A stretch of 63,963 nucleotides of DNA, filler included, from Barthelona sp. PAP020 (lineage: Eukaryota), in the NCBI GenBank assembly GCA_040182905.1. It is 3 parts of 3 records of this genome, joined end to end, with 100 filler letters (N's around TTAATTAATTAA, not from the genome) between each part and the next. Parts side by side here need not be neighbours in the genome. Positions count along the whole stretch, not along the records: positions 1 to 23,076 come from JARQWU010000169.1; positions 23,177 to 46,045 come from JARQWU010000170.1; 1 more part is not named here. One strand, written 5' to 3'. A program made the position numbers and the translations under genes. Under the pieces are notes generated by a model that saw only the letters and a program-made list of their open reading frames with translations, did no database searches and was not told the origin of the DNA. Positions 22,185 through 31,351 of the stretch are shown one piece after another; within the stretch, counting starts at the first letter, position 1, and each line of letters begins with the position of its first letter.

Positions 22185-22679
22185 AAAAATCGACACATTC
22201 ACTCACAAAAGTAACAGATACAAAATTAATTAAACAGACTGGAAGACGTTAAATTGACATTGTCACAACATTGTTTAATATTTTTTCTTATACTTCATGT
22301 GTTCCTGTGTTTTTTTTTTGGAAACAATGTAACCTCTAACCTATGTTTTTTGAGTCAACCCTTAAAAAAAGAAAAGAAAGAACTTTTCCCAAATTACAGA
22401 TATTCTTATCTATTTCACTTTGCTCATTGCAGTTTAGGATGGCACAAAACACCCCAGTTAATAAATTACAAAATTGACATTAGAACAACACCATCATAAG
22501 GTCAATGGTGTTTTATTCAAACTGTAAAACGATCAGATATTCATTATTTGGATTCCAATTGATTTGCCTTTCTTTTTTCATCTTTCTGTGGTGTTTTGAA
22601 GTTTGTCAAACATTTTATTTTTAGCAAAATTTAAAGACTTTAAATTCCAAAAAAGGTGTGGAGAACTTTGGATAATAGT

Positions 22680-23076
22680 ATTTATTTGGTTAAATGATGT
22701 AGACGCCCGATTCATTGGGATTGAAAACTTAGATTTTCTAAGGTAAAGTTTAAACCAAAATTTTGTTTTTGCCAATTAACAAGAAAATAGGAATGAAAAA
22801 TTATTGGAGAAATTTACATAGTTGATTATTAAAATAAGTTTTTTGAGGTTTCTTTTTTATAAACAAATATAAAGTTGTTTCACAATTGAATATATTTTTT
22901 TTAATTATTTCCAAGCCAAGAAGCACTGTGCGTATGAGTGAATAAGAAAGAATAGTGTTTATTTGGTTAAAGGCTTTCGAGGCCAGATTGATCTGTTGAA
23001 AAACTTTAGATTTTCTAAGGTAAAGTTTAAACTTTAAAATTTTGCTTTTGCAAAAATATAAAAAAATAGGAATGAA
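22680..23076 (+). repeat. ~185-bp repeat family 1: one degenerate copy (~22680-22815) and one good copy (22905-23076) running into the gap
   Basis: TTATTTCCAAGCCAAGAAGCACTGTGCGTATGAGTGAAT…TTTGGTTAAAGGCTTTCGAGGCCAGATTGATCTGTT is the reverse complement of 23671-23855 and 46361-46543. Confidence 0.9.
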
Positions 23077-23176
23077 NNNNNNNNNNNNNNNNNNNNNNNN
23101 NNNNNNNNNNNNNNNNNNNNTTAATTAATTAANNNNNNNNNNNNNNNNNNNNNNNNNNNNNNNNNNNNNNNNNNNN
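23077..23176. other. Artificial contig linker (44 N + TTAATTAATTAA + 44 N)
   Basis: Six-frame stop spacer embedded in Ns; identical structure at 46046-46145. Confidence 0.95.
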
Positions 23177-23213
23177 GCCAGGATTCAAATTCAAGGCTTT
23201 CCCAACTACTCAT

Positions 23214-23332
23214 TTCAATAACACACCGTATATAAAAGCTTTCGTATACCTTTTCTTGTACCTAACGTGAAAATTCAATAACACACCGTATATAAAAGCT
23301 TTCGCAAACCTTTTCTTGTACCTGACGTGAAA
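23214..23332. repeat. 60-bp direct tandem duplication (2 copies)
   Basis: TTCAATAACACACCGTATATAAAAGCTTTCG…CTTTTCTTGTACCT.ACGTGAAA starts at 23214 and 23274. Confidence 0.9.
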
Positions 23333-23390
23333 TGAAACTATTCTCAGTTTTCAGAGTCTCGATCCTCGTGATGTATTTATAAAATGAAAA

Positions 23391-23462
23391 AGCGAGTAAC
23401 CAGAGTTGAACTGATGACCCACGGATTTGCAATCCGATGCTCTACCACTGAGCTATACTCGC
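23391..23462 (-). tRNA. tRNA-Cys (GCA), intronless
   Basis: GCGAGTA TA GCTCAGTGGTAGAGC A TCGGA TTGCAAA TCCGT GGGTC ATCAG TTCAACT CTGGT TACTCGC T. Cloverleaf fold, U73 discriminator, followed by an oligo-T Pol III terminator. Confidence 0.95.
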
Positions 23463-23670
23463 TACAAAATGTTAAAAGGAATTATTGGAGTTAGAAAGTA
23501 AACACGTTTTGTAATGAAACTAATAATGCGATTATATTTTTGATCTTTGTTAATTTTCAAGTAAATTTTTAAAAAATAGAAATAATTAATCATAAATTGA
23601 TAATTGATTAGATTATAAAAATATTTAAATTAAGTGGCTGCAATTGAATCTTAATCATCAAATATGAAAA

Positions 23671-23855
23671 TTTTGGAAAAATTTTCCATTCCTATTTTTT
23701 TGTATTTTTGCAAAAGTAAAATTTTAAATTTTAAATTTTATCTTGGAAAATTTAAAGTTTTTCAACAGATCAATCGGGCCTCGAAAGCCATTAACCAAAT
23801 AACAGTATTTTCTTTTATTCACTCGTACGCATAGTGCTTCTTGGCTTGGAAATAA
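23671..23855 (-). repeat. ~185-bp repeat family 1 copy
   Basis: CAGATCAATCGGGCCTCGAAAGC…AGTGCTTCTTGGCTTGGAAATAA is shared with 46361-46543. Confidence 0.9.
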
Positions 23856-24193
23856 ACTTTTCTCTGTTTAAAAAAATTCTGCTATCATTTAAAGCAAAAG
23901 TAATAATTTTGAGGTTTAGTTGTGCCACTATTTTTGTTAACAAAAAAAATCAAACTGAAAGAACTAGTTTCCTTAAATTTTAATCACAAAAAATGAGTAG
24001 CTGAATTTGAATCTTGCTCATTAAGTGTGATAATTTTGGAGAGAAGTTTTCTATTCCCATTTCTTTGATTTTTTGCAAAAACAAAAGAAGAGTTAAAATT
24101 TTTGCCAATAAAACATAAACTTGCAAATAATACATGATACTTCTGTTGTAAGTTTGTAGAATTTCTGAAATGAACAAAAAAAAAAGGCAAATT

Positions 24194-25528
24194 TTATTCT
24201 TCTTCAGTCAAATCGATAAAGCTTTTTAAAAGTTGGATTTGTTCAATCCAAGTGGAAGATTCTTGAGGTGTCTCCAAAATTAACGGTATTCCTCTCAATC
24301 TTGGATCATTCATGATACATTTAAAGGGTTCTAAACCGATGTAACCCTTACCTAGATCGGCATGATTGTCTCGATGACTTCCTAATTCCGTTTTAGAATC
24401 ATTAAGATGCATTCCAAGTAAGTAGTTAATACCTATACTGTTGTCAAATCGTTGAATGACTTCAAACCATTTCTCTTTAGTGGATATGTCATATCCTGCT
24501 TCGAATATGTGAGCAGTATCCAAACAAACACCAACTCTGTGCTTTTCTTTGACTTTATTCAATATCCGAGCCATATCATTGAAATCGCCACCTAACTTTG
24601 CTGAATGTTTTTCGTTTTTCTTCTTTTTTGATCCTGCTGTCAATTCCAACACTAAAATGATCTCAGGCACAACCTCATGAATTGCATTTATTGCTTTGCC
24701 AACATTATCTATTCCTTCCTCATATGTACATTCACTTTTAGTGGATCCAGGGTGAAAATTATAATATTTGAGTCCTAAGTCATGTATTCTTTGACATTCC
24801 CAAATCATTGTGTCAACAGACTTGTCCCAAGCTTCCTGATCAGGATTTGTGGGGTTTACCAGGTAGCATGAATGAGGCAAAATGGCATCCACTTCAATGT
24901 TTGATTCTTTTCTTAAAATTTGAAAAACTTCTTTTTCTTCAATTTCTTTGTATTTACCACTCATTTTTTTCCAATCTCTGCCACTCCAACTTCTTGCATT
25001 CTTAATAAAACATGCACAAGCATTTGCACCAATGTTGATAGTATTCAAAATTGAATCATGATATCCATTTGTGATCCCAACATGTGCACCAATGTAAAAA
25101 GGTTTGTTTATACGTTCGGATACTGGTAAACCACCTTTTGTCATTCTATAAGTCAATCGACGTGGACAATAAGAATTTTTAGGCACATAATCTGTAATTT
25201 CAATAACGTTTGAACCAATATTTTCAAGTTTAACAGATTTAATCTTTTCTTCTTCTTCTTCTTCTTCTTCTTCTTCTTCTTCTTTCACATCTTCTTCTTT
25301 TGTCTTTGGACTTTCAATTTTAGGTTCTTTTTTTGATTCATTTAAAGAAGAATCATTTGATGCAAAAACGTGTCCAATTATTTCTTCCTTTTCTTCCTTT
25401 TCTTCCTTTTCACTTACTTTTTCATCTTCTTCTTTTAAATTGACATCATTGGTGTCAATTTTTTCATTCGTATTTGATTTGTCCATTAAAATTGGTTGAT
25501 TGAAAGAAAAAAATACTTTTTTCTTCAT
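24194..25528 (-). CDS. APN1: AP endonuclease family 2 (endonuclease IV / Apn1) with acidic N-terminal extension
   Basis: IGAHV, LPHSCYLVN, NFHPGS, LELTAG, VCLDTAHIF, HLNDSK, DNHADLGKGYIG and LILETP: all Zn-ligand motifs are present. The true start may be 25486. Confidence 0.93.
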   Translation of the reverse strand: MKKKVFFSFNQPILMDKSNTNEKIDTNDVNLKEEDEKVSEKEEKEEKEEIIGHVFASNDSSLNESKKEPKIESPKTKEEDVKEEEEEEEEEEEEKIKSVKLENIGSNVIEITDYVPKNSYCPRRLTYRMTKGGLPVSERINKPFYIGAHVGITNGYHDSILNTINIGANACACFIKNARSWSGRDWKKMSGKYKEIEEKEVFQILRKESNIEVDAILPHSCYLVNPTNPDQEAWDKSVDTMIWECQRIHDLGLKYYNFHPGSTKSECTYEEGIDNVGKAINAIHEVVPEIILVLELTAGSKKKKNEKHSAKLGGDFNDMARILNKVKEKHRVGVCLDTAHIFEAGYDISTKEKWFEVIQRFDNSIGINYLLGMHLNDSKTELGSHRDNHADLGKGYIGLEPFKCIMNDPRLRGIPLILETPQESSTWIEQIQLLKSFIDLTEEE

Positions 25529-25637
25529 TTTTCATTAAAATTCTAACTATCATTTGATTTAAAATGATTTTCAGCATAAACAGAATGATGTGTTTCTTTT
25601 GATGGAGTAGAGATAAATAATCTTAAATATTTTTTCA

Positions 25638-26360
25638 ATGTGGAGACAATTTGTCAATATATATGGAATAACTGGAGGATTAGCGACTGGAAAAAGCACT
25701 TGTTTGAAGATATTGAAGAAACGAGGTTTACCTGTTGTACACAATGATGAAGTTTTTCAAAAATTGTGTAAAAAAGGAAGAAAATTGTATGATTTATTGA
25801 CAAAAAGTGTTGATGAAGACATAATAACAAAAGATAAAAAAGAGATTGATGTTAATAAATTGGAAACTGTCTTTTCTAAACAACCAGGACTTAGGTTTAA
25901 GATGCAGGAAATGATTAATGGTTTGGTATTTACTGAAATGGAAAGACAAACCAAACTTTTGTTTTATCGAGGGCATTTTCATATTGTTTGGGATGTACCT
26001 CTTTTATTTGAGTCAGGAATATTGAGTTATTACGATAAAATAATCACTATAGCCTGTGAAAAAAACAAGCAAATGTTGAGATTAATGACAAAACACAGTT
26101 TGAAACCTCATGAAGCTGAAAATAAATTAAAGAGTGAGTTAACTTTACAAACAAAAATTAACAATGCGGATTTTGTCCTTTATAATGATGAAACTATTGA
26201 AATTTTTGAAAAAAAAGTTGATTCAATGATAAGGACATTGTTTACACTGTCTTTAACAAAAAGTCTTAAAATTTTTTTAATTCTTTTTGTTTTGATGTTT
26301 GTTTTAGCAATAAATTATATCTCAAAGAATGAATCAGGCATCAAAATTTTCAATTTGTAA
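25638..26360 (+). CDS. Dephospho-CoA kinase (CoaE/DCAKD-like) with C-terminal hydrophobic helix
   Basis: P-loop GITGGLATGKST, DVPLLFE, ADFVLYN, and a C-terminal TM segment IFLILFVLMFVLAI. Confidence 0.88.
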   Translation: MWRQFVNIYGITGGLATGKSTCLKILKKRGLPVVHNDEVFQKLCKKGRKLYDLLTKSVDEDIITKDKKEIDVNKLETVFSKQPGLRFKMQEMINGLVFTEMERQTKLLFYRGHFHIVWDVPLLFESGILSYYDKIITIACEKNKQMLRLMTKHSLKPHEAENKLKSELTLQTKINNADFVLYNDETIEIFEKKVDSMIRTLFTLSLTKSLKIFLILFVLMFVLAINYISKNESGIKIFNL

Positions 26361-26469
26361 ATTATTTTTCATTTTTTTGTTGAAGAATCTGAAAAAAAAA
26401 TACACACACATATAATGTTCTTTTACATTTAAGACATGAGGCAATCAATACATAAAAAGAATAAAAATC

Positions 26470-28131
26470 TCAAGTAATAACGGTAGGGCCATTTCTTTCA
26501 ATGTCGACATGTAAATCAGTTGCTTCTAAAATAGCTTTGATGAAAGTGTCAAGGGATGGAACATCACCACTTTGAATAACTTCTTTTGGAACAAAATTCT
26601 CAACATACAATCTTATTGTTGCACCAGAAGATCCAGTACCAGATTGTCTAAAAACGAATCTTGATCCATCCACAAAGGTGAATAACCATCCTTGTTTATC
26701 AGCGACACTTCCATCAACAGGATCTGTAAATGACCAATTTTCAATGGTCTTAACTTCAAATCCTTCAATTACAAAGGTTTCAGGATTTTCAATATAATTA
26801 TCCAATTTATCAAAGAAGATTTTAGCTTTTTCTGATGGCACATTTTCATAATCATAACGAGTAAACAAACAACGTCCATATTTACTGAACATTGCTTCTA
26901 ATATTTCTCTCACAATCTCAGGATGATCCTTTGGATCTTCATCTCCCAAAAATTTGCTGATGACTGAAAGCCAACAAAGAGTAGCCCAAATTCCATCTTT
27001 TTCACGAATATGACTGGAAGAAGTACCAAAAGACTCTTCAGCACACATAGAGATGCGTTTGTCTTCCATTAAATTTACAAAATACTTCCAACCAGTTGGA
27101 ACATCATAAACTGGAAGACCACAACCAATAGCAACAAGATCAACAGCATGACTAGTAGGCATTGATCGGGCAACACCATAGAAAACATCTCTAAAATAAG
27201 GAATAGAATCACGATGTTCAACAATGACTGCAGCAGAATCTCCAGGAGATACAAAACAACGAGCACCATGAACCAAATTCCTATCGCCATCACCATCACT
27301 TGCAAAACCAATATGAGGGGCATCAACAGCATTCATTCTTCTAACAAGTTCAGCTGCATACTCAAGATTGGGATCAGGGTGACAACCACCAAAATCGGGT
27401 AATGGACGTGTTCTCAATAATTGATTCATAGGTACACCTAATAATTGATGGAAAATACGAACTGCATAAGGACCAGTAACACCATGCATAGCATCAAAAT
27501 AAACAGATAACCCTTTTGAAATTGTATTGCGCATGGTATCAAAATCAAAAAGTTCCTGCATCAGTTCAACATAGTCTTTAACAGGATCAACAATAGTGAC
27601 TTTAAAACCCTCAAAATCATAGACAGTGGGAATTGATAAATCAATATCGTCAAATGTACCTTCATTAAATTGTCTAATTTCCTGAGAAATTCTAAAAATC
27701 TCATCAGTAAGAGAAGAAGGAGCAGGGCCTCCTGTGGCAGGATTGAATTTAATTCCAAAATCGCCATCAATTCCACCAGGATTATGTGAAGCTGTAAGGA
27801 TGACACCACCATACAAATTGTTCTTAATAATCATATGGGATAAAGCAGGAGTTGAAAAAATTCCATTTTGGCCAACGATGACTTCACCAATACGATTTCC
27901 AGCACAGACTTTAATGACTTTTTGGATTACGACATCAGAATAATACCTTCCATCACCACCAATTACTAAGGTTTTTCCTTCATAATCATTGGGTAAAGCA
28001 TCAAATAAAGATTGAATAAAATTCTCAACATAACTGGTTTGAGTCCAAACTTGAGTTTTTTGTCTCAAACCTGAAGTTCCAGGTTTTTGATTGAAATAAG
28101 GTCTTGTTTTTCTTATTTTGATTTCTACCAT
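26470..28131 (-). CDS. PGM: Phosphoglucomutase
   Basis: QKPGTSGLR, phospho-Ser motif TASHNPGG, metal loop DGDGDRN, EESFGT, C-terminal PTVIT. Start taken at MVEIK (28131). Confidence 0.97.
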   Translation of the reverse strand: MVEIKIRKTRPYFNQKPGTSGLRQKTQVWTQTSYVENFIQSLFDALPNDYEGKTLVIGGDGRYYSDVVIQKVIKVCAGNRIGEVIVGQNGIFSTPALSHMIIKNNLYGGVILTASHNPGGIDGDFGIKFNPATGGPAPSSLTDEIFRISQEIRQFNEGTFDDIDLSIPTVYDFEGFKVTIVDPVKDYVELMQELFDFDTMRNTISKGLSVYFDAMHGVTGPYAVRIFHQLLGVPMNQLLRTRPLPDFGGCHPDPNLEYAAELVRRMNAVDAPHIGFASDGDGDRNLVHGARCFVSPGDSAAVIVEHRDSIPYFRDVFYGVARSMPTSHAVDLVAIGCGLPVYDVPTGWKYFVNLMEDKRISMCAEESFGTSSSHIREKDGIWATLCWLSVISKFLGDEDPKDHPEIVREILEAMFSKYGRCLFTRYDYENVPSEKAKIFFDKLDNYIENPETFVIEGFEVKTIENWSFTDPVDGSVADKQGWLFTFVDGSRFVFRQSGTGSSGATIRLYVENFVPKEVIQSGDVPSLDTFIKAILEATDLHVDIERNGPTVIT

Positions 28132-28369
28132 TTTGAAAGAAAAAAAAATTTGAATGGAATTTGAGATTTTGAGAAAGTGATCTTGTTGAGATTGCATTCA
28201 AATCACAATTTTTGATTTCATGCACATTTGTTGTTTTATTATCTAAATTTAAATAATATTAATAACAAAATGAAGTTATAATAATCCAAGAAAGCTGTTA
28301 TAAATGCCTTTTTATTCGATGTTTTTGAATTTTTTCTTTTTTTGAACGACGTCACCTTATCAAAAGAAA

Positions 28370-30952
28370 ATGAATGAAGAAAACTACAGATTTTCTGTAT
28401 GTCTATCTCAAATAGCAGGGAAAGATTTGGCAGTATGTGATGCGTCTGGAACTTCCGATCCATTTATTGAAATATCGTTGCCGAATGGTATGAGTTTGCG
28501 AACGACAACATTGTATAAGAATTTGAATCCGACTTTTTCGGAGGTGTTTCAATTTGAGCTCAGTCTTACCTTGCAACAGATTTTGAATGATCATTTGTTG
28601 ATAAGTGTATATGACGAAGATGCTCTTCACAATTGTTTGATAGGATTGGTGAATGTTCCTTACAGTTATTTGATTGCTGGACCGATCTGGCATAATTTGC
28701 CTTTGATGAGTCCAGAAAACTTGAATGTCAATGGAAGGCTGATTTTTAATGCCACTTTCACCCAAATCACCACATCATACTTGATTGTTTCGGATGCATT
28801 TTATCATCATCCCTGGGAACTTAACAGTGGTGAACGTGGCAGCTACAAGTTTAAAATCAATGTTAAAGTACCTAATTCATTTGATGTGTGCAACATTGAT
28901 GAAGATAAGTTGCCTAAACGTATCAGATTGCGTTATTTTCAGTTGGGAAAGCTGTTCACGTCTTCAGCCATTCTTGAAATTAGCTTTGATGATGAGGTGC
29001 TTTTGGAACACTCCATTTCATTTGAAAATTTGTTGAGGGCCATTCAGAATCAGGAGACTGTTCGCAGAAGCTTTTCTCTGAGCGATTTGGGGCTTGAAGA
29101 ACCTGATGAGACTCGGGACGCGGCAGAGAAATTGTCCATCACATTGAGAATTGGGTTTAGCGACCTGCCAGTTTTCATCAATTCTCAATCTGGAGTTCAC
29201 GATGTCAATGGCATCGTGGGTATGCTGGATCCTGTGCCCTTCAATTGGATGATGTCTTTTGGTGATTTGGAAAGGATGAAGCTGGAAGATCAAAGGCTTC
29301 CTCAAATTTTAGCCCCCGTAAAGTTGTACATGCCCACGTTTGTTGCATGTAAACCGGAATCCGGTGGTGTTGTTGAGGAGCCAACAACGGAGGATACTGA
29401 ATTCTGGAAGGATTTGATCACAGAGGACATCGACATTGAGGCCATTGAAAAGCCGATTGATCCCAATAAAAAGGATAGACTGGGCAATTCTGCTCTTCAT
29501 TTGGCGTGTGAAAAGGGAAGTGTTGTAGCTTTGGAGAGGTTGATTCATTTTGGCGTGTTGTTGGAGTTGCCGAACGATTCTGGAAAATTGCCGCTGGTGT
29601 TGGCAATTGAAAATGATCATTTGGAGATTCTTAAGATTTTGCTGGACCAGAATGTCAGCACCAAGTTAGACCGTGAAGACGGATTTTCAATTCTACATTT
29701 GGCCGTTATGCACGGTAGCTTTGAGCTTATTGAGTTTTTGTTGGACAGAGGCATGAATGCAAATGACACGACTCCAAACGGCATTGTTCCTTTTCATGTT
29801 TTGGCGGATCGTGCTGATTTGACAAGCGACGAATGCGCAAGAATTGCTAATGCGCTTGTCGACAGGATGGGCCAGTTCGATGTGTCGGATAATCGTGGTA
29901 ATTCTCCATTGGCATATGCCTGTATGAAGAATAATCATTCTTATGTTGATTGGTTGGTAAACCATGGTGGATCAGTTGATTTCATCAATCATGAAAGCCA
30001 GTCTCCCTTGTACTTGGCATTCAAGCACGATTCTTTTGATTGTATCGAGTTGTTGAGGAACAAGGCTAATTCCGCACTGGTCAACATCTATGGGCGAAAC
30101 CAATTGCACATAAGCTGCCTGAACAATGAACCAAAGGTTTGTAGGTTTTTGTTAGATACTTTCAGCGATGAGCAAATAGCACATGTCGACAATTTTGGCA
30201 AATCTGCCTTTTACTATGCAGTTGAAGTTGATGCCTACGATTGTATGTGTCTTTTTGTGGACCACGACGTTCCATGGAGCAACATCATTGATCGCAAGAG
30301 AGAAACGGTATTACACAAATTCAGTTCCCACAATGACTTGCAGCGTATCCAAAAAATCATAAAGGAAACACCAATATTGGGCAATTATCGTAATTCAAGG
30401 GGAAAACTGGCCATTTGGAATGCTTGTTACAGCAATAATTTGGAGATTGCTAGGTACTTTATTGATGAGGGTATGCATTTAGTAGACGTGCCTAATATTT
30501 ATGATGCTATTTTGGATCAACATCCTGAAACCATAAAACTTTTATATAAACTGGGAAAGCCACTACCAACAGGATTGATTCATTTCATTGTCAAGAGAAA
30601 TGATGTGGCTGCCTTAAAAGAAGTGTTAGACCTCGTTTCCAGTGAATATTTTAAAGAGGAAGACTTGCCAAACGTCAATTTGGATGAGATAGATTCATTG
30701 GGATATCCGCCATTATATTACAGCATTCAAAGTTCAAACGTCGAAATTACTGAACTTTTGTTGGAAGCAGGCGCCAATCCTCACTTTTTTGTTGGTCAGC
30801 TAAACTCTTTGGAGTTCGCTCAAAGTCTAATTGAACCAGAATCCACAGTACATTTGGATGACATGAACAAAAATTTAAAGCCAAAGTTGTTTGAGGCAAC
30901 ATCAGTCATAGAAAACGTGGATGTGAAACGCTCAGACTGCCAGTATCAATAA
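28370..30952 (+). CDS. C2-domain + ankyrin-repeat protein
   Basis: C2 motifs DLAVCDASGTSDPF, KNLNPTFSE, VYDED. More than 10 ankyrin repeats (GNSALHLAC, GFSILHLAV, GNSPLAYAC). Ends in CQYQ. Confidence 0.9.
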   Translation: MNEENYRFSVCLSQIAGKDLAVCDASGTSDPFIEISLPNGMSLRTTTLYKNLNPTFSEVFQFELSLTLQQILNDHLLISVYDEDALHNCLIGLVNVPYSYLIAGPIWHNLPLMSPENLNVNGRLIFNATFTQITTSYLIVSDAFYHHPWELNSGERGSYKFKINVKVPNSFDVCNIDEDKLPKRIRLRYFQLGKLFTSSAILEISFDDEVLLEHSISFENLLRAIQNQETVRRSFSLSDLGLEEPDETRDAAEKLSITLRIGFSDLPVFINSQSGVHDVNGIVGMLDPVPFNWMMSFGDLERMKLEDQRLPQILAPVKLYMPTFVACKPESGGVVEEPTTEDTEFWKDLITEDIDIEAIEKPIDPNKKDRLGNSALHLACEKGSVVALERLIHFGVLLELPNDSGKLPLVLAIENDHLEILKILLDQNVSTKLDREDGFSILHLAVMHGSFELIEFLLDRGMNANDTTPNGIVPFHVLADRADLTSDECARIANALVDRMGQFDVSDNRGNSPLAYACMKNNHSYVDWLVNHGGSVDFINHESQSPLYLAFKHDSFDCIELLRNKANSALVNIYGRNQLHISCLNNEPKVCRFLLDTFSDEQIAHVDNFGKSAFYYAVEVDAYDCMCLFVDHDVPWSNIIDRKRETVLHKFSSHNDLQRIQKIIKETPILGNYRNSRGKLAIWNACYSNNLEIARYFIDEGMHLVDVPNIYDAILDQHPETIKLLYKLGKPLPTGLIHFIVKRNDVAALKEVLDLVSSEYFKEEDLPNVNLDEIDSLGYPPLYYSIQSSNVEITELLLEAGANPHFFVGQLNSLEFAQSLIEPESTVHLDDMNKNLKPKLFEATSVIENVDVKRSDCQYQ

Positions 30953-31351
30953 GTCAGACATGTGTGTGTTTATGTGTCGTGTTTTCCAAATGTTCCTTTT
31001 GAGTTCGCTCTTGTATTTTCTCCTATTTATACATAGTCGTTTTTGTAGCACAATAAAATCAAACGTTTGTAAAATAATAATAGTTTTGTGTTTCTTTTTT
31101 TATTGCTTATTATGAATATTAATTATGCACTATAAACTTATATAATATTAAGTTGATAATAAAGAAACAGGAAAATTTTTGTTGAAATTTTATTTAGCAA
31201 TAAATGATCGTATATTCTTTTTGATGATGTACACTTTATTTTTATTAATATAAATGAGAGACTGAAAATAAAAGTGAGAATGAAAAAAAGAAGAAAATTT
31301 TTAATTAACATTTATTACCCACTTAAAACATGTGATTGAAAGAAATTATCC

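Noticed and set aside
23121..23132. TTAATTAATTAA palindrome as a biological motif (also at 46090-46101)
   Set aside because: Standard six-frame-stop spacer inserted between Ns during contig concatenation.
23177..23210. tRNA T-arm-like fragment at the contig start
   Set aside because: Lacks an intact TTC loop and a D/anticodon arm; too short to call.
23214..23332. CRISPR-like array
   Set aside because: Only two adjacent 60-bp copies with no unique spacers, no cas genes, and a eukaryotic context.
22905..23855. Inverted family-1 repeats flanking the tRNA as the TIRs of a tRNA-carrying transposon
   Set aside because: The two arms lie on opposite sides of an artificial contig linker, so their relative orientation and distance are not established.
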